Assembly: GCA_050084985.1 (NCBI GenBank)
Contig: JBITNC010000002.1
Coordinates: 32,488,001 to 32,552,000, forward strand
Direction of reading: 5' to 3'
Length of the DNA stretch: 64,000 nucleotides
Origin: Nageia nagi
Lineage: Eukaryota; Plantae; Pinophyta
Shown here: positions 37,601 to 51,314 of the stretch, piece by piece
How positions within the stretch are numbered: position 1 is the stretch's first letter
Layout of the letters: each line of letters opens with the position of its first letter
The notes under the pieces: model-generated
The model's database searches: none
Told to the model about the DNA's origin: nothing
The model's input: the letters and a program-made list of their open reading frames with translations, nothing else
Position numbers and translations under genes: made by a program

Positions 37601-40335
37601 ATGGTATAATTCATTAGCATTCAGTTCCCCACACCCCATAGCAGAATGGAGTTGTAGAAAGGAAGAATAGAACATTGAAGGAGATGGCTAGTTGTATGAT
37701 GCATTATTGAGACTTGCCTCCTATTTTTTGGGTTGAGGCAGTCAATTATGTGAACTACATTTAGAATCATACTCCTCATTAGGCTCTTGATCATATGACT
37801 CTTGAAGAGGCTTGGAGTAGAACCAAGCCTGATGTGTCACGCTTTAGAGTATTTGGTAGTCATGCTTGGGCCTTCATTCCAAAGTGCAAGCATAAGGCCT
37901 TGGAAAAGAAGAGTAAGCCTCTCATTTTTGTTGGTTATAGTGAGGATATGAAGGCATATAGATTGATTGATCCTGACACCCATGATCTTTTCTCCCACAC
38001 TCATGTTCAATTTGATGAGCACCTTCCTACTTCTCCCTCTTTTTCTCATTCCTTGGTCTTACCTGAATCCCATGACACATCTTCTAAGATCCTTCATGGA
38101 GAGGATATTCCTGAGGTTGTTGCTTCTACATCATCTATTGATCCTCCTCCATCTCCACCACCTACTGTAGCTCCTTCTTCTCTTCCTCCTAATGTTGCAT
38201 CTTCTTCCACTGATGGTAGGTGCATGCCCAAATGGGCTTGCTCTACACTTGAGGATGCAACACCTTTCATTAAGAATCTTCCTCCTTCTTATCACCATTC
38301 CATTGGTTCTAGGCTTGTTGGTCAGGCACATTCAGGTGATCCAAAGAATTTTTCAAAGGCCCATGGTTTGCCAGAGTGGGATGATGCTATGGCGGTTGAG
38401 TATTATTCTTTGATGAAGAATGATACTTGGGAGCTTGTTCCTTTACCTCATGGGAGGAAGTTGGTTCAATGTAAATGGGTGTATAGAACCAAGTATGCAC
38501 CTGATGGTTCCATTGACAAGTATAAGGCTTCTCTTGTTGCTAAGGGGTTCTCATAGGTTGAAAAGATTGATTATTCTAAGACCTTTGCTCTTGTAGCCAA
38601 GATGGATTCTATTCACCTTGTACTTGTTCTTACTACTGCTCAAGGATGGTCAGTGTTTCAGATGGATGTGAAGAGTGCTTTTTTGCATGGTGATTTGCAT
38701 GAGGAGATCTATATGGAGCAGCCTACTGGTTTTGTCCAGGATTTTGCACTTGTTTTTAGGCTTAAGAAATCACTCTATGGCCTCAAACAAGCTCCTAGGG
38801 CATGGTATGAGAAGATGGACACTTTTCTTCTCTCCATTGATTTTGTTCGATGTTCCTCTGACCCTACAATCTATATTTGGGGACATGGAGAAGATATCAC
38901 TATTTTGGTGTTGTATGTAGATGACCTTCTTCTCACTAGCACTTCATGTTCTTGCATTTAGGTAGTTCAGTAAGCTCTTTCTGAGCACTTTGAGATGGTA
39001 GATCTTAGCTTGGCCCACTACTTTCTCGATTTTCAGATGACATAGATGGATATAGGGATTTCTATTTCTCAGCAGAAATATGCCTTGGATCTTCTTCATC
39101 AGTTTAGGATGGTTGATTGTAATCCTTCTCCAACACCTTTTAGAGTGGAGTGACTTTGACTTCCTCTTGCACTTCACCATTGTGTGATGCTACTTTGTAT
39201 CGCCAGTTGGTTGGGAGTCTTCTCTATCTCACTCATACTCGACCAGACATTTCATATGCTATTGGGCTTGTTTCACATTTTACACAGACCCTTCATGAGT
39301 CTCATTGGCAAGCAGCCAAGAGGATTCTTTGATATGTGAGGGGCACTACTCACTATGGTCTGCATTACATGAGAGGTGATCTAGTGTTGAGTGGATATAC
39401 TGATTCTGATTGGGCTGGCTCTTCTAATGATTATCGTTCTACTTCTAGCTATGTTTTTTATCTTGGTTCTTCCCCTATTGCTTGGTCATGTAAGAAGCAA
39501 CAGGCTATTACACTTTCTTTGACTGAGGTAGAATACCAAGCAGCTATTTATGTGAGTCAGGAGGCACTTTGGCTTTGATGATTATTAGAGGAGTTTGGAT
39601 TTTCTCAGTCTAGGAGCATAGTTCTTTGGTGTGATAATCAAAGTGAAATTCATATTTCATGTAATCCTATTGAGCATTAGCACACCAAACATATTGAGGT
39701 TCACATGCACTTCATCCATCAGCATATTCAAGATTACATTCTCAACTTGGAGTACATTCCTACAGCAGACCAGGTTGTGGATATCTTCACTAAATCCTTT
39801 GCAGCACCTCATTTTCTTCAGTTGTGTGGCTTTCTTGGGATGAAGGAAGTTGTCCTTGGGGGGTGTTGATGAGGACATCTTCCTCTCCATTCTCCCTCAT
39901 CTATTGTGAGATGGTTTTTTCCTCATGTTTTTTTTTCATCATCTTGTTGTAGACTTTTTTGCACATATTGTACATGAGTACCTGATCAGGCCTTGTTATT
40001 GGGACTCATTTTTTATGGGTATGCCACTTTCTTTCCTTGTTCACTTAAGGGGGGGTGTTAGAATATTAAGTTCACTAGGGTTAATTAATTTTTCCTTATT
40101 TTTTACTATTCTAGCTAGGCTATTACAAATAACCACATATTTGTCTACTTGTGCATTTTGCTCTTGCATGGTTGGCATGTTGTTGTAAATTAGTTTGTGA
40201 TTTGCCCTATTTATTCTAGGCTTAATTCTCATTTCAAAATGAATCGATTTGAGGATTTTAGCTTCTCTTCCTATTTGTGGTGTCTTGTTTCTCCTTGTTT
40301 TCTGGGTTGAATTGCTCTCCCCGCAATTCTTCATA
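34687..40335 (+). mobile_element. Structurally complete Ty1/copia retrotransposon (5649 bp)
   Basis: TSD ATCTC at 34682-34686 and 40336-40340. 280-bp LTRs at 34687-34966 and 40056-40335 (about 25 mismatches, ~91%). PBS TGGTAACAAAGC at 34967-34978. PPT AAGGGGGGG at 40047-40055. Confidence 0.97.
35920..39869 (+). pseudogene. gag-pol: Copia gag-pol polyprotein with in-frame stops and frameshifts
   Basis: IEPLTPHNYQLWK; CSYYGKLGHVIEKC; WVMD*GATHHM; LWHERFGHLN..CPSCALGK; FIDDFLRCTWVYFL; QMDVKSAFLHG; LYVDDLL; YTDSDWAG; TKHIEVHMHF. Confidence 0.95.
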
Positions 40336-40340
40336 ATCTC

Positions 40341-41790
40341 TCTCTAATATTTAAAAGGTTTTAGAGGTATAATAGAGAAGCACTCCTTAATGACATTTTG
40401 CTAAGCATCAATAAGAGATTAAGTAGAAAACATTTGTTGGTAATGGGCCATACAAGTGTTAATAATATTAGGAAGGGAGGTAAAATGAACCCCTTCTGCT
40501 TGAATAACATATAACTGAGTGGCATGCACAAGAGGGTGAATGTGTTTAATAGGGACTCTATCACCCACTTTGAACCAATTTGCATCTGATCTCCTTTGGC
40601 TTCATACAATTTAGTTTTTTTAATTTCACGTCGTAAAGTACCAACATAAGCTTAGCATGTTGACTAGAAGGGCTAGCCTCTTGTATAAGGGTGGCTCATG
40701 CTAGCTCTACTCAAAGAGTAGTGTTACCTTTCCTTGTCCTCTTAGTGACCTCAACACTAAGTGTACAAAGAGTAGACATGGTCCTAGTGATGGCATCATT
40801 CCACCATTGAATCCACCCTAAAGTCCTAGAAAGTTGGGGAATGAGATTCCAAATGCGACAGATATGGGATCTCATGGAATCACTTTGTAGAAAGGAAACA
40901 TTAAGTTACAATAATGAAGTGAAATTTCTATAGGAAGTTTGATCTTGAAATATGTCAAATAAGATAGGATTGGGATCATATAAGGTGGTACCAAGGGAAA
41001 AACCATCATAAAGGGATTCAAAGGCAAAATACTAGTAAAATGGAAGGAATTAGTTTATGAAAGCATAGAATGATCATAACTCTTAAGAACTTGAGCATCG
41101 CCATTTTGAAAATTGGACCAAGTAAACCACTAAGCTTCTAGAAAAGCTTTAGGAGTGAAACCAAAATTTAGATAAAAAAGACTTAGTTTATTTTTCATCA
41201 AAAACCAAGCCTCTCTTTCTCCCATACTCCATTGCTAAGGGGATTGAATTTTTTTGTCTAACAACTTTTGTACCATATTAAAGTCCCCATATAGAACCTG
41301 ATTTGTAAAGGGGAGTGACAAAGCAAGCTAAATCCACAAAGTACACTACTCATGTACATAATTGGATGCATAGATATTGATAATGCAAAAGGCTTGCCCT
41401 AAAATTCTAGCAAGACCCAAACCACTTGGTTGGAAGGTTCCACCCCCAAAAAAACAACATTAAAGCACCATATTAGAGAAATGAAAGTGATAACACCTCT
41501 TCTCCCAAGAGAATGATTGGTATGAAAAAGGGCCCCTTGATCAGAGGAAAGAATAGGTACACTAAAGAATGAAGTTAGCAACTTTAATGTCTTACAAATA
41601 GATAAAGTTGAGATTACCATACAAGTGAGCAACATTGGATAACTCACTACAAACCATGTATTTGTGGACTAGATCCATCAATCCTCTAATATTATAGGAA
41701 TAAAAAATCATTGAGGTGTATGATGGACCTAAAGATCCATGTTATCCTTGAAGTCCCCTAAATTAGCCAAGGTCCCAAAAGCAATAAAAC
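40341..41790 (-). pseudogene. L1 ORF2 N-terminus (apurinic endonuclease) and linker
   Basis: FCIINIYASN...LW...VLYGDFNMV at 41275-41390. YDH (decayed SDH) near 41075. Confidence 0.82.
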
Positions 41791-42984
41791 CACCTTGAGA
41801 AAAAGCAACTTAGAGGTGGGTTTCAAACATGTATCTTCTCTTATCTACATGGCCATCAAATCCCTCACTATGATGGATGTGAGAGCAACAAGACTTGAAT
41901 ATTAAGATTTCCTCTATTACCAAAGCTAGAGGATGATCTAAGATAATAGAGACAAATTAAGGCCTTAACCAAATGGAGGAACTAGAGGGTTTAGATAACA
42001 TCATAATTGGAATATCTACCTCCTCCTGCTAAAACTTAGGGGGTTGAGAGACACCTACATTTTCCACAATTTTAGGGGCTATCAATGGTTCTTCCACAAA
42101 AATAGGTTTCTTAGGAGAAAAAGTTGGCTCTTGAAATTAGGGTAGATGATTGTGATGATTACAAACCACTTACCATTCTTCATTACCACCTTTGATAAGA
42201 ATAGTTGGGGTTGCAAATATTGGGGATGTAGAGGGGGTCCAATGTATGAATATTCCCACCATAAGTGGGTAGTCTCAAATTTTGTGAGTAGATGATTAAT
42301 AGTGATAGCAAGTGTTTGGGAGGTTGATATACACCACCCTTTGAAAAATAATTAGTTCTCCAATATGTACATTAATAAACTCTTAGAGATCCTTAATGAG
42401 GTTAACTTTCACACAAATTCACTGAGAGGGTCAAGCTAAGAAGAACCTTTCTATTTAAAAGTAAATAAAAGACCCTAAGCTTTCAGCTAGGGTACAAAAA
42501 TATTTCCAACATGGATTAGGTAACCCAAGAAACTCAATCCATACTAGAACTTTAGTAGCAACCTCATTATCAACTGTAAAGTCTCTATGGTAACTTTGCA
42601 AGATTAATAAGGAATTTTGGACCATACATGATCCTTTGTCAACATATATTGAGAATGCATAGATTTAGAAAAAAAATAGAAAGTAACCCTTGGTGAGGTT
42701 CTAGATATTTTCTACCTTAATACCACAAGGGGTCCAAACTTGGATAACCTAATAACACAATAGTGAGTCATAAGAATCCTACCCAAAAAATATCCCACAA
42801 AGGTATGCTATTTGAACCATTGAAAAGTAGCACTAAAATCTTCTATAGAAATAAAGGCTTGAGAAATGGATCTTTTACCTCATGTTCCACTTTTGGAAGA
42901 AACTTGCAGGGATGCTTCCTTGGTGCCATTTATCCCTCTAGTTGCTTCACCCTCAAGTGAAGAGTTGGCAAGCATGGTGGCCAT
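41790..42984 (-). pseudogene. L1 ORF1 (DUF4283-like)
   Basis: GSCMVQNSLLILQSYHRDF..TKVLVWIEFLGLPNPCWKYFCTLAESLG. Confidence 0.75.
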
Positions 42985-43439
42985 AATAAAGGATGGGGAA
43001 ATTGCCCAAGGTAGACATAAATGTGGTGTCAAATAAAATTAAAATCTTGCAAAATCATTATAAGAGAAAAAGCAATGTGATGGGAAAACCAAAACCCTAG
43101 ACTTAGAAATATGCAAAAGGTTCAAATCTCGACTCTCTAAGAATTTTGAAAATATTTAGCTCCTTTTTCATATTTGAACATTTGATTTTGCATATTTAAA
43201 CATTAGGAATAAATCAAAATAATGAATTAAGCACTTCAATGCATTAAACAAATATTATTGAAAAAGTGTTATTTTTTAGTGTCTACCTTTTTCCCTTGTT
43301 GAACAAATTTTGTTTGTAAAAAAGTACTTAGTCCAACAAGTGTAAATAGATAGATGTTAGTTTAGAAAATCATTTTGAAACTTTGAACATTTAAAAATTT
43401 GAACATGAACTTTGAACAATTTTGAAAATTTAAAACTTT

Positions 43440-44100
43440 GAACAAATATGCAAAGCAATTTGAATGCACTTTCAACAATTCAAATTCTAAACAATATGTT
43501 CATGAGGGAAAAAATCATAAAATTTAGAACAAATATGAATAATAATTTGAATGTACTTTTTTACAATTTGAAACCTAAATAATATGTTCATGAAGGAAAA
43601 AAACTTGTAAACTTTGGAACAAAATTGAATAGCAATTCGCATGTACTTTTCAATAATTTGAATCCAAATAATGTATTCTTGGAGGAAAAATTATAAAATT
43701 TGGAACAACTATGAATAGCAATTTGAATATGCTTTTCGATAATTTGAATCCTAAACAATGTGTTTGTGAAAATAAAATTGTAAAATTTGGAATAAATATG
43801 AATAACAATTCAAATGTCCTTAACAACAATTTGAACCTTAAAGAATACATTAATGTAAAATTTAGGACAAATATGAATAGCAATTTGAATGTACTTTTTG
43901 ATAATTCGAATCCTAAACAAAATGTTCTCGGAGGAAAAACTATAAATTTTGAAAAACATATGAAGAGTAATTTCAATTTACTTTATGAAAATTAGAACCT
44001 TAAACAATGCATTCATGGATATTTCAAAACAAATATGAATAGCAATTCGAATGTACTTTATGATAATTTGAATCCTAAATAATGTGTTCATAGATTTGAA
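43440..44100. repeat. Tandem array, ~8 copies of a 75-90-bp unit
   Basis: AACAAATATGAATAGCAATT-type anchors at 43441, 43528, 43618, 43704, 43791, 43866, ~43953 and 44028. Confidence 0.9.
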
Positions 44101-44312
44101 GATTTGAACCTCTTATCTATTATTTGATGATTGTGTATATCAAACCTATGCAAAGTGTTTATGATGGAAAAATTTTAGAACCACTTCTATAGGATTTGAT
44201 TAATAATCTACATCAAATCTAAGCAAAGTGTTCATGGAGGTAGGAATTTGAACCACTTATATAGTATTTGATGATTGTGTACATCAAACCTATGCAAAGT
44301 GTTCATTATGGA
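44100..44312. repeat. Tandem array, 3 copies of a ~70-bp unit
   Basis: GAACCACTT..ATTTGATGATTGTGTACATCAAACCTATGCAAAGTGTT is repeated three times. Confidence 0.8.
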
Positions 44313-44835
44313 GTAAGCACATAGACTTACTAGCAAGTATGCAGTCCTGCTAATAAACTCTAAAATTTGAACTTTTTTGCATTTGAAAATAAAAGCATTT
44401 TTGCATTTGAAAAATTGAAAATAAGGTAGTTTGAACTTTGAAAATTTTTTGAAATCTTGAAATTTTTAAAAAACTTTAAACAATTTTGCTTTTCAAAAAA
44501 ATGAATTTTGAAATGTTTGAAAATGTTAGTGTTCCCCCCTCGAATGATATTGTAGTGACCATGATGGATAATACAAAATTGGTCAAAAAGTTAAGGTTGT
44601 GTGTGATTTGTGAATAAATTTTGCTCTTTTACTTTTCTTTTTACCTAAAGTTTATATTTTGGAAAAATAAGAGGTTTAAATAATTCACTTTTACAATTTT
44701 GAAAAAAGCTTAGGCCCATCAATGGAACAAAAAAGCAATTCGAACCTTAAAATAGTTAAAAAGGAAAATAAGAGGTAGAAACATTACCCTTTTGACTCAT
44801 TTTTGATATTTGGAAAGCATAATTTTGGTGGAGAG

Positions 44836-46858
44836 TGTAGACCATAAATAATGAATTAAATAAATAATATATTAATATGATATACAATAAATAATATGTT
44901 TAAAGCAACAAAGCCATATATGATCTCTAATTGATGTATAAACCTCATAAATGAATAGAGCATTTTGAGTACATATGAAACAAATGGTCACACACCTACC
45001 TTATGATCATCAATGAGCTCTAGGCAATCGAATTACCACTTTGTCAATTTATATGAAAAATATGCCATTAGCTACATGAATTAGAAAGATTCATGCACCC
45101 AAATTGAAGTATATGGAACTAGATGAAGAGTATTATAGATTGAACTTGAAACATGATGACATATCATGCATAATGTACACCATTAATGGCCTAAAATATG
45201 AAGAATTTGACCCTATGCAAAGAACAGGATATGATCACTACAACTAAGGCATAACAAATCCAATGTTAATTGGTGGTGTCTAAAGACATCATTTCAATTG
45301 TGGCACATTCCTTGGACTTACTTGCATATGAAATATTTTGCTTTGATATTATTATATAGATGCATTTATTCTTGATATATACACCTTTTACATTGATATT
45401 TGCTTATTACATTGCTTGTGGTGCATTTACACCCTTTTTACAATAACATTATTTAATGCAATAAATATGAATTATTAATTAATAATAAATCATATTTAGG
45501 CGTCTACATTTTTCCCCTATTTGGATATGTAATGAAATACATTGAAGTTGCATAATCTAAAGAATTAAAGAAGAAAAATATGTGCCTGAAATTGAACCAT
45601 TCCTCCTTGATCATTGTTGATTTGATGCCTCTTGTAAGCTCCTTTTTGACTTGGTTACCCTAGGAAAGCTCCATGAATGGGGTGATAAAGATGAAAATAA
45701 GATGGGAAAAGATGATATTCTGATGTTTCCCTAAGAATTCACTAGAAAATTTCATGTTGAAGGATCAATGATATCTTTAGATCTACTCTTTGAATGGCTT
45801 CCTTTAACCATTGCCCATGATGCAACCAAAAACTCTCTTCTCCTCACTTGATGGATGGGGGTATCTCATTAATTTTTGATATTGAATACTTCCTTGTAAT
45901 TTTGTTTCTTACCATGTCAACACTAGTATCTACTAAAGTGGTGAATCACCATTAGTATCTACAATACAGTGGACAACATGTCAATATTAGTAACTACCAT
46001 AGTAGTGGCCAATAAATTGATATTGGTAACTATTAGAGTAGTGGCTAATGAGTCACTATTAGAATCTACTAAAGTAGTGGCCAATAAGGACTTTGATTAA
46101 AAGAGAAATCTGAATGAAACTCCTTCTCAAATATGAATAAAATTTTTCCCTAAGGGAAAAAATCTTTTGAAACAGTAGGTTCACCAAAATGTAGACCATA
46201 AATAATGAATTAAATAAATAATTCATTAATATGATATATAATAAATAATATGTTTAAAGAAACACAATCCATATATGATTGTAAATGATGTATAAACTTC
46301 ATAAATAATTAGAACATTTTGAGTACATATGAAATGAGTGGTCACTTACCTACCTTCTAATCATCAGTGAGCTCTAGGAAGTCAAATTACCACTCCATCA
46401 ATTTATATGAAAAATACACAATTAATTGCATGAATTAGGTAGATTCATGCACCTAAATTGAAGTATATGAAACCACATAAAGAGTATTATAGATACAACT
46501 TCAAGCATGATGAAATACCATGCATTATACACATCGTTAATAGCCTAAAATATGAAGAATTTGACCTCATGCAAAGAACATGATATGATCACCACAACTA
46601 GGTAATAACAAATCCAAGGTTAATTGGTGGTGTTTAAAGACAACATTTCACTTGTGTTGCATTCCTTAGAGTTGCTTGCATATGAAATATCTTGCTTTGA
46701 TCTTCTTTTATAGATTCATTTGTTATTGAGATCTATACCTTTTACACTGATATTTACTTATTATATTGCTTGTGGTGCATTTACACCCTTTTTACAATAA
46801 CATTATTTAATGCAATAAATATTAATTATTAATTAATAATAAATCATATTTAGGCATC
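44836..46858 (-). mobile_element. Small non-autonomous LTR retroelement (TRIM-like or deletion derivative)
   Basis: LTRs 44836-45508 (TGTAGAC...GTCTACA) and 46190-46858. Internal region of 681 bp with no ORF. Minus-strand PPT AGGGGAAAAA beside 45508 and PBS-like TTTTGGTGAACC beside 46190. Left flank GAGAG. Confidence 0.88.
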
Positions 46859-47054
<196 letters not shown>

Positions 47055-48626
47055 AAACAAGTGACCATGATGGTGAATGAGGCACCTCGAGCTCTTGCTA
47101 TCATCGAACAACCATTCCTTGTACATCGAGTAGGCCTTCAAATACAAATTTGTAATTTTTTAATCATTTTTTGAATTTTTTATGTTTGAATTTTTTCGTA
47201 TTTTTTAGTGAAAAATAATGTAATTTTTGAATTTAATTATTTTAACTCTAAAATGCCCTAATATGGCCAGATAAAAACACATAGGGAATGCTTAGACCAT
47301 AGTCAAACAAATCCCTATTCGATTTTTCCCTAATTTTATTAAATTTAGAGAAACTAATTTTCTAAAAAACCATAAAAGAGAGGGTTTTACTTTGAATTTT
47401 ACTCATTATGTTCAAACTAAAGGTCAAATCCAAAAACTAATCGATATCCACCTAGTTTTTTTCCCCAATTATGTTTTCATGGTTCTAGGTTTTCAAAAAA
47501 TGGTCCAAAGTCAAAGAAAATATAATTTTACCCAAAAACCAGCCAAGAGGATTTCCAATTTCAAAATTCATCAATTGCAATAAAATAGGGTGCTAGATTA
47601 GAAAATATATTGGTACCCATTAAGTTTTTTACCTCAAATGAGCATATAATGGTCTTCATTTCATAAAAAAAGAAAAAGAAAAAAAAGAGTATTTTAGAGA
47701 AAAATTGAGCTTCTAGGCTTGAGATGCAATGCAACCTCTGCCCTAGATCTAAGTGTATTGCACCTAAGCCTAGGCTCACTATGCCTAGGTCAAGGTGCAC
47801 TATGCCTACATCCAAGCATATTGTGCCTCACTTGTAGCATAATTTTGAGTCTATTTTGCAAGTTTTTTGAAATTTTAAAATTCTAATTTGTATTTTAAGC
47901 TTGATTTGTTGGTTGTTGCTCAATTTTGATCCCACATAAATAGTACCTTGCTTCATTTTATGTGATTTCATTAGATTTGCTAGAATTTATTAAAAACTTA
48001 TCCAAAAAATTGAAGTTTGACAAATACTCTAAAAAATGTATCGATTGATTACTAAAACTCATAAAACACTATTGCTGGATCCTTTAAGCCATTGAATGTT
48101 TTTTATGAAAAGTACTATTCCAAATGCAAGTATTTCATGTTTTCTCTTTTCTAATCATTTAAATTGTATGATAATTGCATGTAAAGTTATCTTCCAAGCA
48201 CAAATATGGTAAGCATGCATGATGGAAATGCTTAGTGCAATATTGTTCATTTTGCAAGTTTAGATAAATTTCAATTTTGAGCATATAATTAAGTTTGTTA
48301 ATGGAATGCAAGTTTACCATTTTTTTGATAGCATAGTTTTAAGTGTATGCTTCCCTAGTTTGAATTAGGATGCACCTTGTAATTACTAAAGAACAAACCA
48401 TTTTAGAAGTTTGAAGTTCTTGGCAGATACAAAAACAAAAAAAGGCAACAAGAAACACTGTGAGAAATTTCACATGATGATACTACATTCACAATTGACA
48501 CATCAATAAAATAAAGGCATTTCCTAATATTTTATAATTTTGAATGCAATTTTATGTTTTTTGGTAGACAAATATTATAAAATATAACAACATTACTAAC
48601 ATTTACTATTTTGGAGATACAATCTA

Positions 48627-50143
48627 TGTAATGTTCCTATTTTTAGGTATTTTCCCTATTTCACCTTTGATAAATGGGAACATTAATTTTAGAGTGGTCT
48701 TATCAATATTTGTATAATTTGGCCAAAATAATGTAAATTCCACTTAGAGACTTAATAAATCTCTAATTATGGAATTAATGACCCTTTTATTTATTTATTT
48801 TTATTTATTTACCAAAATGCTAATTATTGTTGTATTTGTGATACCAAGGTAACTATAATTGTAAATGAAATATTAGTCTCATTAAATAAGGTATTGTATA
48901 TTTTAGCCTTGATGATTATAATATTGGTATTACATGTATCTCCAATCATTAGTTCTCCCCTATTTAAGGTAAAGCATCTCCCTAAGTGATTGCACCAACT
49001 ACAAAGAAATTTGGAGCTCCAAGGATGGACTTGACACTTTAAACTAGGCATTGGCAATCTTGATGCAAGTAGACAACACTAGAACATGAATGTTGGGTAT
49101 GGGATCAACATCCCAAGATCCCATATTATCCTCCTAGGCCCATGTACTGATGCTATTAATCACAAGGTGCTCCAAAATCACCCCTTATTGGATGTTAACT
49201 TTCCTAGGCCCTTGGATGTGATTTTAACCATTCCAAAGCTTCCCATATTAGATATTGTATACATGAGCATATAGATCACACCTCTCCAAAATTAGATCAT
49301 CTAATGCAATATTAGAAGATGATCATCATCATATATAAAAGTATAACTCATACATAATGTGATGTATTGAATTTAATTATAAACCCTTTCTTTCATATTG
49401 AGTGGAGGCTCTATCTTAGCCACTTGTAGGGTGACCAACATTTGAAGTATTGGAGGGAGAATATGCTACCTTCAAACTTTCTTTAACCATATTTAGAGGA
49501 ATTTTGCTAGTTCCATCATAATTGTTGTAGAGGAGACCTTATTTTGCCTCACTACTTATGGGATTGGTGAGGTCCTAGAGCCATCTAAAATAACTCTATA
49601 GGAGATAGTCTTGGTACAAACTCCATAGGTTGGTAAAAGTATTGTAATTATGATTTATTCTTATTTATTAATACAATTAATTTTTATTATCAAAATCTTG
49701 CTATCTATCTCACTATGCTTGAACATTGGATTGCATGTTTATTTTGTATTGTTGAATTCCTATTATTTCTTCACATTTGCAACATTAGATTACTAGGGAT
49801 ATTTTGCATGTTTGAATTCATCTTTTGCATTCTAATATAGATGTTGGGTTTGTGAAGTTGTTTTGAATTATAAAGTTACTTTTTTTCTCCTAGGTTGAGA
49901 CATTGGAATATTGGAGGAAGTGCATGCTTGAATGTTATGATTACTCTTCTTAGTTGGAAATTGGATGAAGATGCATTTTTGTGAATTTAAAGTTATCTTT
50001 GATCTTTCTAGCAAGTTGTTGATTTATTTGGTGCAGTTTGAACTTGTTTTGGATAGTTTGATAGCCAAAATCCAAACATCCCTCTCCTAGGGAATGTTTT
50101 AAGAGTGAGCCCATAAATGACTCATCATAGTGGTATCAAGGCC
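48627..50143 (+). mobile_element. Probable 5' LTR (48627-50129) plus tRNA-Met PBS of a gypsy-like element; no partner LTR in the window
   Basis: Starts TGTAATGTTCCT, ends CATCATA, then TGGTATCAAGGCC at 50131-50143. TATATAAAAG near 49333. Confidence 0.6.
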
Positions 50144-51314
50144 TTGATTCTGCTATCCTATTAGGAATCAAGGGCATCATTCATGGAGGGGTTCTAGTGA
50201 AGTTGATGGGAGACTAAAGAATGAGATACCTACATCTTAGTAGTGTCACACATGAAAGAATTACTAATTTAAGGATTCTTTCCTTGTTGCTAGGTAATAA
50301 TTAAGGAGTTGCTACTAAAGAAGATTGCTAGAGGAGTTGGAGGAGCTATAAGAGACTCATTGTGATATTATATTGGATCATAGTGCTATTTGTAGAGATT
50401 TATTATTATCTTATTGAGGATTGGAGTTTATCTAGCATCATAATAGTCATTTTGAAGGAGTTTCTAATAATTTGAATGCTTAGAGCAAATCATTGAGGAT
50501 CCTCGAGCCCTATCTCATCCTTCAAGAAAGTTGTTGGGCATCTCTTAGTTCTAATTTTGAATTTTAAATCTTTGAGGAGGTTCATACAAATTGAAAAGTT
50601 TTGAACTTTTTTGCATCCTTTATTTTCATTCTTGATTTAATTTTAAGTTTGAGGAGGAATAAGGTGTGTTTAGAGAGTCTAAGCCCATATGGGACTAGAG
50701 ATCAATATTCTAGAGCTATTTTGGTAGCTCATTCCACATTTTGAAGATCCTTGAAGGAGGATATTTGTATTCTAAGGGTATTTTTATTCCCAAATATGCA
50801 TTTGTATACTAATAGAATATAGACATTGGTATTCTAAGAGAGTTTTCATGCCTAAAACTACATTCTAAGATCAACTAGACATTGCATTTTTAGGTCACTA
50901 GAGGCTAGATATTGCACTATTGAGGGCATTTTTTTAGTATAGTTTTGCATTTTGAGCTCTCTAAAAGGAATATGTTGGTGAATAGGGTACTTTTTAGAGG
51001 TTGGTTTTGTATTCTAAGTCCACCTAAAGGAGGATGCTAACCAACTAGTAGAATTTTGAGGCTTCTACTACATTTTAAGGTAATTTATGGGTGCATGTTG
51101 GTACATTGGAGGAGTTTCAAAGGTCCATTATACTTTTTAAGATCATTTTAAGGTCAAAAATTAGTACATTAAAATTTTTTCAAAATATATCTTAGTATTT
51201 TGAGAGTTCCATATGCTAGAAGTTGAGTTATTGGGAGGTTTTTTGATAATTTTATTTCATTCTAGAGACACTTGAAGTGGTGCATTAGCTTATTGAGGCC
51301 AATGGGGTGTTTTA

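Larger units (their letters stand above)
31980..43153 (-). mobile_element. L1-clade LINE, near full length (~5.5 kb net), interrupted by a Copia
   Basis: Candidate 16-bp TSD ATTT(G/A)GCTCCTTTTTC at 31964-31979 and 43154-43169. A-rich 3' end. ORF1, APE and RT in the expected order. Telobox-like AAACCCTAG in the 5' UTR near 43092. Confidence 0.85.
30881..43287 (-). mobile_element. Probable 3' LTR (~1.2 kb net) of a Tat/Ogre-like element, split by the L1; left boundary uncertain
   Basis: Right end TTTTAGTGTCTACC is followed by TTTTTCCCTT (minus-strand PPT), resembling the family A terminus. Minus-strand TATAAATAC near 31305. Candidate left end TGTTACA at 30881. Confidence 0.45.

Noticed and set aside
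34792-40334. Similar antisense ORFs 34792-34980 and 40041-40334 as duplicated genes
   Set aside because: They are chance reading frames through the two Copia LTRs.
43008-43289. 10-bp inverted repeat AAGGTAGACA...TGTCTACCTT suggesting a MITE or short LTR
   Set aside because: The left arm lies within the L1 5' region and the L1 TSD (43154-43169) falls between the arms. There is no TSD of its own, so it is likely chance.
43650-43995. Asn-rich repetitive ORFs on both strands
   Set aside because: By-product of a tandem array with unit lengths mostly divisible by 3; neighbouring units contain stops.
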